DNA of 64,000 bases from Kudoa neothunni (lineage: Eukaryota > Animalia > Cnidaria), in assembly GCA_964304625.1 (NCBI GenBank), contig OZ199839.1:3195223-3259222 (forward strand), in the 5' to 3' direction. This document shows, piece by piece, positions 14,101 to 25,700 of the stretch. Under the pieces are notes generated by a model that ran no database searches, was not told the DNA's origin, and worked only from the letters and a program-made list of their open reading frames with translations. The position numbers and the translations under genes are program-made. Every line of letters starts with the position of its first letter. Within the stretch, counting starts at the first letter, position 1.

Positions 14101-14690
14101 ATATTTATGTAATTTTGTAATGTTGTTATAGGGATTCCTCTGGCCATCGTAATGCTCTGCTGGAAATTTTATCGCAAATTTTACGTAAAAGATAAACAGT
14201 ATTTTTTTTCGTGATAACTAAACAATTTTTATCTGAACTATATTATAGTTGTATACCGCATGGGCCCTTAAAACTGGCAACAATAACTATTCCTGGTGCG
14301 GCGATATTATTTTTCAATTTGATAGTATTTGCGCTCGTTTTGAAGACGATATTCAGATCCGAATGCACAAAAAAGAAGAAAACCTCTATAAAACAGCGTG
14401 CAAAACAATTAATGTTCTTGTTTACTTTGCTAGGCCTTCCAATGCTTCTTCAACTGTTGTCTTCGTTTATTAAGAGTGATTTAATTATATTGGTTTCCAA
14501 TATGATAAACACTTCGATTGGAATTATCTTATTTTTCATTCTTATCGTTGGCAACAAAAAGATGAGGAAGCATATCGCCTCATCTTTCAGATCACGAACC
14601 ACCACCAAAAGGCATCTAATATCGAGTAGTAGTCACAAATCTGGCACAAGAATGATGCCATTTTCAACAAAAAATATCAGAAGACAATAA
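1668..14690 (+). CDS. Adhesion GPCR copy A (5' exons lie upstream of the window): 8 visible extracellular modules, GAIN/GPS, 7TM
   Basis: Phase-1 exons at 1668-4341 are paralogous to 38695-41370. An ~8 kb TE-filled intron follows, then exons 12319-14690 paralogous to 45773-48139, with TAA at 14690. The first exon starts at a splice acceptor (catttag|TT), not a start codon. Confidence 0.7.
4817..6045 (-). mobile_element. Full-length but defective mariner (Tc1/mariner, D,D34D) transposon
   Basis: TIRs ta(g/c)gtgg(c/t)ctgttcaaaaa at both ends, ~1.23 kb. Frameshifted transposase motifs KFVPRLLT, INGDVMWVHGYGPETK, LHYDNTPA and PPYSPDSAPCDFF. Confidence 0.92.
6223..8578. mobile_element. Probable piggyBac-type non-autonomous element hosting the Merlin insertion
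   Basis: ttaaccgtc...ggggtggtttttgacccc at the left and ...ccggaggattaa at the right resemble the other TTAA-bounded ends in this window. Confidence 0.4.
7260..8256 (+). mobile_element. Defective Merlin / IS1595(ISXO2)-like transposase
   Basis: Zn-ribbon KCFCGG...CISCNKKTSIRKGTIFE, VVVQIDKT..KRKSNVGR, TIWTDGWKGY and HGTVIH...VHTNKIEATW, split by frameshifts. Termini not resolved. Confidence 0.88.
9696..9727. repeat. (AACTT)n microsatellite
   Basis: cttaatcttaacttaacttaacttaacttaag, preceded by (TAA)n. Confidence 0.8.
10037..12188 (+). mobile_element. Full-length defective piggyBac transposon
   Basis: TTAA on both sides (10033-36, 12189-92), TIRs ccctctaaagg / ccttagaagg and internal ggggta...tacccc repeats. 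Transposase motifs VTVDEQLVSFRGRCPF, ADNFF, YNKSKGGVDNVD and a C-terminal Cys-rich domain, interrupted by stops and frameshifts. Confidence 0.93.
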
Positions 14691-17323
14691 TTTGAATTTG
14701 AAATTAATTTAAGTAGTAGAATTAGTCGTTATTAATTATTATTATTGTTAGGATTTTTTCTCTTATATTAAATTTATATGCACTGAGAAAAACCTCCAAT
14801 TTAATTGTTCTCAACAATTATTACTAAATTCAACAACGGTCATTGCGCACTTTTTTGGGGATGGCAAAAAGGTACGCAATATCCATATAATTGCGCGCGC
14901 ATGAAATATATAAAACTCAATCCTTTTCTTTAAAACGAACTGATTAATAATAATAATATGACCATCTTTCTAGATTTATTCAAACTTTAAAAGTTGAGAA
15001 TTAAGGGCAAGCTTGATCGTCTCTGTGTATCTAGAAAGGTGTTCTTTCTGAATTAGTTTTCGATAAATTTTTCTTTTAAATCTAATTTTGGGAATTAAAT
15101 TATAAACAGATTTGGATTTACCAAGGTTTCATTGGGTAAAAAAAGCAAAAGATGTACGTAAGAACCATGGCATATAGGGGTGTGCGCGTGTTTGGATTAA
15201 AGTTGTTATTTTACGTTTAATTTGATTTTGAAATTTACGATTTAATCTTATAAAATCGGCTATATTTATATTCATTTAAAAATTTTTAACAATGACGCAA
15301 TTAGATATTATTACAGTTGAAAAACGTAATGAAATATTTTTATAAAAAACGGGCTTAAAAATGTTAATTTTTAATTGTGAAGCAAAAAACATGATAACTA
15401 AATCCAAAAAATGCAATTTGTTCCAACATATTCGATTTTTAATATTATCATTTATGATATGAGGCCTGTGTTCAGAATTCAAAAAATTTTTACAATTAAA
15501 CATAGTTGTCAGTAATCAATAATGATGTTTTAGTTTATAAATTTTTTTAGCGGTTTTCTATAGCTAAATTTAAAAGATATGTAATTAATATTTGAAGATA
15601 TATACCATCGGATTTTTTAAACAGTTGTTTCCCACATTATAGTGGTATTAATCTGTACGAAATTTATAATGAAAATTATAACACCTATAATAAATTTAAT
15701 CAAAAAGGGTTAAACAGACATATTTGATTTTTTTCTATTCTACTTATTTCATCATAATAATCCAAAAATAAGTGACAGCTAAATGTCTCATTGTAGTTTT
15801 TTTCTCAAATTGTTTACAGTTTAATTCATTGACGTGAGTCTTATTTTCCTAAAGAAATATTATACTAGGAGTTACATAAAAATAAAATATTATGGATTTC
15901 AGGAAATGAAAAATAAAAATTCTTCTCCATACAGCCGTTAGATTGCGCAGACATAAAAACAAAACTTAGTAATATTTCGAAATTAATATAAAATGATTAA
16001 TTTAAAAATAATGTTATACGCGAGAGTTATCTTTTTATTACATAATTTTAATATTTTATATAAGGTCTAACGAATTTGTTCATCCATTCGCACCTATATA
16101 CACGTATCTTGCAAATTTTAAAGAATAAACACTTTAGTTTATTATTTATCAATAAAAATTGATTTTAATAGATTCATTAAATCGAAAGGAAATAAAATTT
16201 AATTATATTATTTTTACTGATTGTTGTTGGTTAGATTCTTCCAAGATTTTATTGGATCACGTATCTTTTAATCATCAATTAGATCGTTCATATTAGTCTC
16301 TCAGAGATATATGCATCAAATAAATCAATTTGTATTTAATGATTTAGCTCACAATTTTCTATATAAAATATTTAAATCTCATCCACATTTTTAACATTAT
16401 CCATTTGTCGTGGTTACATCAATAACATTAAATATAATAAAACTATTTTTTAATTTAATCAGCAATTAAAATTCTGCTGTAATGAAGAAATTTACTCTTT
16501 ATTTTTATTATTATCTATTTTATGCAATAAAATAGAGTTAATTTAACCCTTAAACAATCTAATAGTAAAAGCATACATTCAGGTGTTATCATTATAGTTT
16601 TTAATCTACGTACAGTGACCAACAATTGTAGTTTAAAATCAATGAACCTACTCAGATTTAAATAACAACATGTAATCCTGTAAGGAAACCAAAGTACTAA
16701 TTAATTTGTACACGTGAATAAAATTTTCAATTATAAAAATATTTCTATTTTTCTGTATTGACTATTAGTTCAATTTTTGCTGTTTAATAAATTAATCCTG
16801 TATCATTTTTATTAATATAAAAATAGAAAAACGTGGTGTCAAAGTTTAATTTCGTTCAACTTCTTTAACATAAAAATCACCAAATAATGATACACTTTGA
16901 TTTTGAGATATTGTTAAATTTAATGGTTGCTAAAATTAGTGCTCAATATCCATTTTTTAGCATCTATAAAAAAGATTTTCAATAAATAACTCCAAATGTT
17001 TCTTTAATAGCATATAAGATTTATAAGCTAGAACTGCATTTTAGAAAACGCCAAAATAATGACACACAATGAAAAGTGGGAAATATCCACCTATGCAATA
17101 ACCGTTGTTGACTGTATAGTAGTTGTGTTTGCATCATTTTATGTTTTAGTAAATTATTTTTCATAATTTTTTCCTGAATCTTCGGTTAATATAAAAATTA
17201 CGCGTTATATCACATTTTAGAGTAAATAACTACCGAATGTACATGTATAACATAGTTAAACTAATATTCGCCCTTGGGGGAATCAGAGTGTTTATATATC
17301 CCACAAGTGTAATTAAAAGAAAT
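12189..17323 (+). repeat. Segmental duplication block 2, copy A (paralogue at 45727-50780)
   Basis: Near-identical match at an offset of ~33.45 kb, covering GAIN/7TM exons and ~2.6 kb of 3' flank. Confidence 0.95.
12319..14690 (+). CDS. GAIN/GPS plus 7TM exons of adhesion GPCR copy A
   Basis: GPS CTCNHTTSYAIIF at ~13621-13659, followed by the same seven helices as copy B. C-tail ends ...FSTKNIRRQ*. Confidence 0.9.
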
Positions 17324-17699
17324 ATTAAAATCTTGCTTATCTATATTAGTAGAATTTAAAATTATTAGAATTTTTTTATACGCTTAGTTTCCACAAAATA
17401 TATTCGATAGATATATTTTTTATTAATTTTCCTGGCACAATATTAATAAAAATGTGCATACGATAATATCAACTTTAAATTTTTAATAACTAAATCATAT
17501 AAAATAATTTTGAATTTATTTTTTTGAATTTTATTTTAAATTAACAATTTTGCTATAATTATGATGTTTATTTTATTTCAATATGCGCAAAAATTAATAT
17601 ACCGAAAAGCGCCGCTAACCATAAATTTTAATTATAAATTTTCTTTTATACAAATAATTCATCCAATGAAACCATTGAATAATTAGAACTGACGGGAAA

Positions 17700-18478
17700 T
17701 AATCATATGATATTCTCAATTAGCGACTTGACTATTACTATGGTTGATTTATATACGGTGAACGCTGGAATATCCGGAAAAAACTTAAAATTTTTTTAGA
17801 TTTTATCGTAACTAGATGTTGATAAATGCTCGATTAACTGCATTCTCGCTATCCGCCAAGAAAACCACTTGATTCATATCCTTTGGATGAACAAACCTTT
17901 ATTGTATAAGAGTTTTACTTAATCTCGCCATTTTTGCAATCACACTTGTCTGATTTGCAACGAGCCACGTTATGATTTTCGACTGGTGTACCCGCGCAAA
18001 AAGCCAAAAGAAACACCAACTGGATTGAAATAAGTACGAGAGAGACAATTAGTAAATATTAACAAATGTTTAAATAGGGTGAGAGGTTCTAGATTCCAAC
18101 GTTGTCCGGGTCTTTATTTTGACACTTTGCATCACCGCTTTTGATCTAAAGACGGTTTCTAATATTAACAATACTGAGAGGTATTGGCCCCAAGATTCTT
18201 CACCAAATCGTAGCTACAACGCTAGTGACGTAATCCATGGAGAAACGGGGACCAAATACTCTTTGAGTAAAGAAGGATATGGTTTCCAATTCTTACCTCA
18301 ATGGCTGCAACGGGGATTCCGTTTTGGCGCCAATTCATGGAAGGCTCGAGCTCCAACACTTTTATAAAGATAAGAGATTACGAAATCTGGAGAGGAGTTA
18401 TGTTCCATCAATAAGCTATAATATTGTTGGCAAAATTCATTTGGGGTAGAAATCTACTCCATTTTACTTAGAAGGTTA
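17700..18478 (-). mobile_element. Highly decayed piggyBac relic
   Basis: End ggggtagaaatctactcc...agaaggTTAA at 18478. Only weak transposase-like residues on the minus strand. Confidence 0.45.
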
Positions 18479-19071
18479 AAAAGGGTAGATCCTTGAGAAA
18501 TATTTTCGTAATTGCCGCGATAAATAAAAGTTGTAGTATCTACAATAAAATTCTTGTGAAAGCAGCCAACGAAGATAATTTCAAATTATCTCTTCGAGAA
18601 TTAAAGGAAACTTTCTTTTTATAATAAATCGTTCGTCCAATGTTTATAATGAACTACGTCAGTATTCGCCATTATAAAGGTCTTCAAGGTCTGATTGTTG
18701 AGGAAAATATACTGATAAAATATTTCCCGCTCAATAAATCTTTTCTTAAATATATTAAGAAAATTTATTTCCTGTGTGTGAAAAATTTAATTACGAGAAA
18801 AACCGTCAAAATGAAACTGACTTTCCACGGGAAATATCGGTGTTTTGATGAGATACCATCTTCACATTGTGATGGATTCTATAGAAAGATCCTATGATGC
18901 ATCACACGTTTTTCTCGATGTGAAGTTATTTTGGAATAAACATTAAATGTATATTAAATCTATTTTTATCATGATTTCTTTCTGCGCATATAAAATAATG
19001 ACTAGTTTGAGTGGAAAATTCTGTATAATAATTTTGCATTCAAGAGTGCTCAATTCCTATTTAAAATAGGT

Positions 19072-19194
19072 GGAGACTATTGACACCGTAAAATTTAATC
19101 CTAAACGACATGTACGCACGCTACATAATGATTTAATTTCTAAGAACCTGCTATATTTAATACCTGGACATTATTTACGGTGCCAATAGTCACT
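19072..19194. mobile_element. ~120-bp MITE upstream of the adhesion GPCR B start
   Basis: Inverted repeats gactattgacaccgtaaa / tttacggtgccaatagtc. The terminus resembles that of the MULE at 25413. Confidence 0.6.
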
Positions 19195-19733
19195 TGCTTT
19201 AGTTAGCTTTAGAGAGAACAAAGTTATTTTTATGAACTTTTTAGTATAAAGTTATAGTAAAAATTTTTATTTAGTGATCTACAGACTCGATCTAACTTGT
19301 TAGTGAGTTTTTCAATCATCCAGATTGACGTATCTTTTTTGATTCACACATTGTTAGGATTCCTCGTGATATTATGCTTTTTGCTTAACGTGTGACTTCA
19401 ATAGCAAAATAAAAATTTCCTTAATTTAACAGATATGGTTTAATTTTTAATATATAATATTTTCCTGTTGGTGTATTTAAGGGGAATGCATTGAGTTAAA
19501 TCTCAGATGGGTGTTTTCACCCGAGAATTGTAAGAGTGAATATCGACATGTATTATATGATCGTGAGGATTTAGTTTAATTTGTCAATTATATTGAAATT
19601 GGTATAATTAGAAATAATAATGAGGTATTATTGATTCACACATAAACATATTATTTAATTTTCTATTAGCACCACGACGTAAATCAATTCAGTGAGCAAC
19701 TTGATATATTGGATAATTATTATCGATAAGATA

Positions 19734-22700
19734 ATGTTACTTTTTTCGTTAGTAACTACACTAGTAATTTTTGTTCCTGGTAACGTTTCTATATTAATTA
19801 AAAATAGTTTTTTAATCTATCCCAACAAAATTTTTCAGATATTTATGCAAATATATCTGTAAGACGTTGCAATATTAATCACACGTATAAACCTAGCTTG
19901 AATGTATTGGATGTTTGGTTGGAGCTTACACAACCATTAAAATACGTTGAAATTGGTTGGAAGTTAGTTGACTCATTGGAAGGAACCACCGTTCGATTAT
20001 CTAGGAAAAGTCTGATAAAATGTGACACTGACAATATATGTGGCATGTCGATTTACGACGTGAACAGGCTGAGATCATATTTTTTGTTTGTTGATACAGA
20101 GGTTTGTGTATCATATGGAGCGTTGAAAATATATCGACGTGAGTTTAGTTTTGTAAATTGCGTCGAAATGAAAATTACAATATTTTAGAACCTGAAAATA
20201 ATGTTATCGATTATACAATTAACGGAGAATCGAGAATAATTTTCAAAAGTGATTTATTTAATCACAAAAAATATATTTGTCACATTTTAATCAAAAATAT
20301 TGTCTATCAATCTAATACTGAAACCAAATCTGAATCGATTTATGGTTATTGTGACGAACCATCATACCAAATTCCACCTAATGCCATTACAATTAATTTA
20401 TCAGTTCAAATGATGGATATGATTTATCCAACCGATTTAGTTATAAAAAGTGATACATAAACTCTTTTTAAGATTAATGATAATTTTTAGCCAATCATTT
20501 CAAGGAAAACTCACTTGTGTTTGATACAAAACCCACAGGAGAATTTCATATAATTTTGAATGGATTAGAAATTGAGCAAAATAACTTGTATATGATTGAA
20601 AATTACTTTACTGATCCAAAAGAACTTTATATGACTACAGAAGAAACTTTATGCTCTAAACAACCAGTTGAAGGTGATAAAATAAAGTTTACGTGCAGAT
20701 CACCTCATGGTGACTTTCTTAATTTCAAATTGGAGAACGAAAACAGCAAAACTAATTTAATGCGTTCTACAAAATTTAGTATAGAAGCTTTTTTGTTTTT
20801 GTGTATAATAATATATTTTATAGTCGATAAGAGTCAATTTTTTAATGTGATAGAAGAATTTCATCGCTTTAAAATTGTTGCCAATAGTGGCACGACCATG
20901 CAGCAAGTAGAATATGTGTTGGATGAGTTATCCGACAACAAATTGGTACGTAGATTCATTTGTAGAATAAAAAATAAAAGTGGATGTGTTGGATTGTTCA
21001 TCGACAATATGATCATTTTTGAAAAAGATTTCCTCAAGTCATATAAACTGCTCTTGTCGTATGGAAGCTCCCATTGGGAAGTAACTTCCGAATGGAACTC
21101 ATCACTGTTTAAGGTTCATTATGCTGTTGAAAAAAATAAAATGACTATTTGGTCAAATATACCTGAAGATTATCAAATCAGTTGTGTGTACACATTGGTG
21201 AGGGTTGACACTTTCTTGGATGGTTATAATAACGCTGGAACATACGACACGTACGGATCTTTATCGCATGATGGCTATAAATCGTGCAACAACTATACAA
21301 TCGATCTCTCCACGACTACGCCGAATTCGTTGCACATATATATCCCCCAAATGAATTATCTTTACACTATTAGAAATCTTTATGAAAAATTAAATTTTAA
21401 TGTGGTGAGAAGTCAAGAGGGTATAAAAATAAATACCAACTTCAACGATGAATATTGGTCTTACAAGTTTGTCAATAATGAGGAGATTCTAAATATGGAA
21501 TATATGAATCGGAATAAAATGGTAACGGCTGATACATACGTCAAATGTGATTCAAAAATTTCACTCCCTGAACCTGATATCGCCCCTACTGGACTATATC
21601 TTAAATTGGCGGTTCCTGGCAATATTTTCTATGTTGATTTATTCTACAGTATTTGATTTGGTTTTAGTGATCTGAATATTAAATTTCTTACTCATTATAA
21701 AATTAGACGATGAGAAACTAGATGCCAGTATTGATGATTCTACACCTAACATATTCAGTATCAATATCCAACTCCCTCTAGATAAAGATCTCATAAAGCA
21801 TATCGTAGTATATCAGATTGATGGAGATAGACAAAAATCGCCTTATATATGTTTCAGATGTGAAAATGATTGTTCGGACAACCTAAAGATAGAAAATAAT
21901 GTTGGCGTATTAAGCATAGGTTTGATATTTGCAAGAACTGTTTATCTAGAGATACTATTGAAGAATGATAGGACAATGAATAAAGTGCTCCACTTACGTA
22001 TGAGAATATAAGCGTTTATTATATTTGTATGGTTGGATAATTTAGCCGATATTCGTGTTAACTATGATCTCAGATGGTCTGATGATGCTTTTGATATATT
22101 GCCAATGAAAAACGTTAACCAGTATGAGTACTGCGATTTCATTATTAGCTCCAACGAGAAATCTAATAAAGATAGAAAAACTAAATTATTATATGTTGAT
22201 AAATGCAACAAAAAAGTTAGGACGCTTCGAGGACTGTATGATGAAAATCACATCTCAGTGTACAACAGAATGCGACTGCTTTTCAAAACTTCCTTCAACA
22301 TATGTATGCAATAATTATATTACTGCGATTAAACTAAGACTTAACTATTCGGGATTATTATTCTACTAATAAGTTTATATAACAGCATAACAAATGGATT
22401 CAATCCCCCCAAAATAAAGGTTTATCTATGATTCTTAGGTAAAAGCGTAAATCAATCTACAAATTTCAAAAATTTACATATATATCAATTTTAATAGAAA
22501 ATCGGTTGGGCATTGATTGCTAGGGGTTAAGACGGTTCGGTTTCGGTTCAACATTTCGGGTTTGTAATTAATTTTTCCAATTATCGATGTCAATTTTTTT
22601 TCATGAAAAAAATATGTAAAAATGTGATTGGTCGAAATTTTATTTTAATCGTTCTTTGTTTAAAAATACTCTTTAAATCCAAATTTTGAATTATTGTACA

Positions 22701-25700
22701 ATAGAATTAAATTATATATTAGTTTTTATTGTTTTAATTAATTTTATTATTTAATGTTGTTTGTTATTACCTCTAAAAACGATTATAAATATTTTAATAT
22801 TAAATTCTTTAAAACGCACTATGAAAAATTCTATAGTTCAAATTTCAATTTAGTTATTTCTATTTTCATAAATGAACACAATAGTTTCAAGTTTCGAGTG
22901 GCTCAATTTTGTTCTCAACGGGGAAATAGCACGGTTGCATAAGGTAAACATCTGTCTGCGTCAATGCTCGTAGGTCTAACGTTAGAAAGAGTTTTACAAA
23001 CCCTTTCTAAATGATCTGGCATCACACCGTGATTAATAAGATTGGTAATTTCGTTAAATGCTAACAATATTTTGTTTTGTTTGGTCTGGGAAGGTGATTT
23101 ATCAAATTGTCTAAATTTATCTCAGATTCGGAAGGTTTATAATTTTGGATTTGATCATTCAGTTCAATGAAATTAACTGCGTCTTCTAGCTCCAAATTTA
23201 TTATCTTTTGTAGAAAATATTCTTTATACAACTGTTTAAATCGATTCTTAAAAATATAAATATATCGGACCAAACGGTGCGTAGTTCAAAGAAGCATTTG
23301 ATAAATTTCATTTTTAAAATTTCTGAAATGGATCCATCAATATATGAGAAGTCCTCGATTGTATCAGTGAGTATGAGTCACATTCATTACATTTTGCTCT
23401 TTTATTAGAAAGACTAACAAAATAGCCCCAAATACCTGATACAATTCCTGTAATACTAAATACAAAATTTATTCCCTGTTAAAACACGTCATTCAAAAAT
23501 ATTTATTGCCCTTTTTCTATTTTAAAACCGCGTTTACTTATTTAAGACTGTAAGAATTAATAATAAAAGCTAATTTCTATTAATTAAAAAATAAATTTTC
23601 AAAACCGACTGTTAAACACCTAACCGATCTTAACCCCTATTGGTTACTTGATAACAAAATCGAAAAATCACGATATGTAGTTTTATGAAACAATTCTTAC
23701 ACTGTTTACACGTTTTCAAATAAAAAGCACATATTTGTAGAGATATACGAAGCATTATCCTTTATCCATTATATATATAAAACTGAGTTGTCCGCAGGGG
23801 TGTGATCCCTAAGTACGCATGAACGGAAAAAGTTTTTACATATAGATAAATATCTATGTAACTGTTAATAGTTTAAGGTAATTTAAAAATTATCTCAATT
23901 GTTATCACACTGACAAAAATTCAAAATTAATGTAGGAAATTGTGTTGTCCTCGACGCTAGGTTTCTTAAGCGGATTACGTAGTTTCAATAATAGGATTAT
24001 ATCTATCGATTCATGGCGACATTTGTCTATACTGCACTTCTGCGAGTTGTTTTGAACGTTCTTAATGGTTCACTCTTAAACTATATATCCACGAGTTCAT
24101 GATAAATTATATATCGTTTATCTATCTGTATATTTAAAGTAGATGTATCCACTTGGATGTGTGCTTAAATACATTCCGTATTTTTTGAGCTTTTAATATA
24201 TTTGGCTTTATTAGTACACTTTAAAAGTATTATAGGTGGCATTTAATATAGCAAAAATATGAAAATTTTCTAAATTAATGAAGAATTACAAACGTATGTT
24301 GTAATCGGATGGATTCAATCCTTACATATTGAAACTAGGTTCCCGAATTTCATTATAACGACTGTTAGACTTAATTTTGAACGATCCAATTTAATATATA
24401 GATTGAAATCTTACTTTATCCAGTTATTTAAATATTTTTGTTCAAATTAAGAGGCTATACAGCGGTTTTGAGGAAAGAGTGTATATAAATGTGTCGGATA
24501 GAGATATTAATTTGAGCAATATAAACTAATCATCGTAAGTTATTATCGAGTTATTCAGGTTTTTCCACTGAATAATCTCTTCAAAATGATCTCAGTTTTT
24601 TACTGTGCCCATCACAGTCGTTAAAAGTATGATATTTAAAAAAATGTACTCAATTTCTCCTATGAGCTAATCAAGAGTCTTAATTTCTTTATTTTTTGAC
24701 CGTAAATATCTATGATGAAATATTCCCAATCCCGTACGAAGCTGGGCTGTTCGCGCTAATATTTAATAAGCAATACAAATAAAATCCCTAAAATTATAAT
24801 TTTTATACGGTTATAAAAATATAAATAAATAGAAAAAAATATAACTGTTATACTATTAATTTAATAATTATTCAAATAAATAATACTTCTCGGATATTTA
24901 CATAGTCAAAAGTATACACTGGGTAATCGATGATATGCAATTTAATTAATAAAATATATTATAGTTTATACTAGCGCTAATTCTCAGCTTTGCCAGGCAC
25001 TATATGATGGAAAATTTTAACATTTAGTTTTATTTTTGAATGGAGAAATTCTACGTAATATTCAATTAAATTAGCGCGCTAAACCCTGTAAATTTTATTG
25101 TTCTATTTTAAGTGTTGTTTTTTATAGCTTGTCATTATTTTTGCAATGTGATGATTTTGGTAAATGAATTTATGCGCGCATTTTCCATTCAAATATAAAG
25201 AGGTATTGGGAGAAATTAATGAGTATTTTTAAGTTTATTTTACAAATTAGTGACAAAAAATATAATGGCCATAATTTAATGGGAAATGTAATTAACGATT
25301 ACAGTTTAGTTATTTATTAAAAAACGTCATTAAATAGCTTAAATAGTACATTCAGTTCTTTGCAAAATTTTGCGATAAAAATTAATCCTCTGATTACAAA
25401 ATTTATTATGATGGTGACTATTCGCATTCCCGCGCTGCATGCGCGGAGGATAAAAGCATTGCCTCTATTCGTGCTTTTTCTCTTGTATTAGTTGTTGCAG
25501 AAAAACGCTAATAGCCAAAAACGATAAATAATGTTTTTCGAACCATGAATATAATGATAAAAATATTTTTTTCTACCTTTTAATAATCAACGCAGTTTTT
25601 TAATTGTTTTAGTCCTCCTTTTACTTTAATGGAACGAAAATTGAAATTATATGAGCTAGAATTCTTTCCATTTGGTTGATTTATGGAAAATGTGGTTTTA

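Noticed and set aside
14190-14260. Apparent frameshift between copy A (ORFs 13784 and 14211) and copy B (ORF 47606) in the 7TM
   Set aside because: The 1-nt difference is in a poly-T run inside an intron (gtattttt...tatag), so the spliced frames are the same.
15276-15503. 75-aa ORF identical at 48731-48958
   Set aside because: Identity reflects the recent duplication. The sequence is low-complexity and AT-driven, with no recognisable motif.
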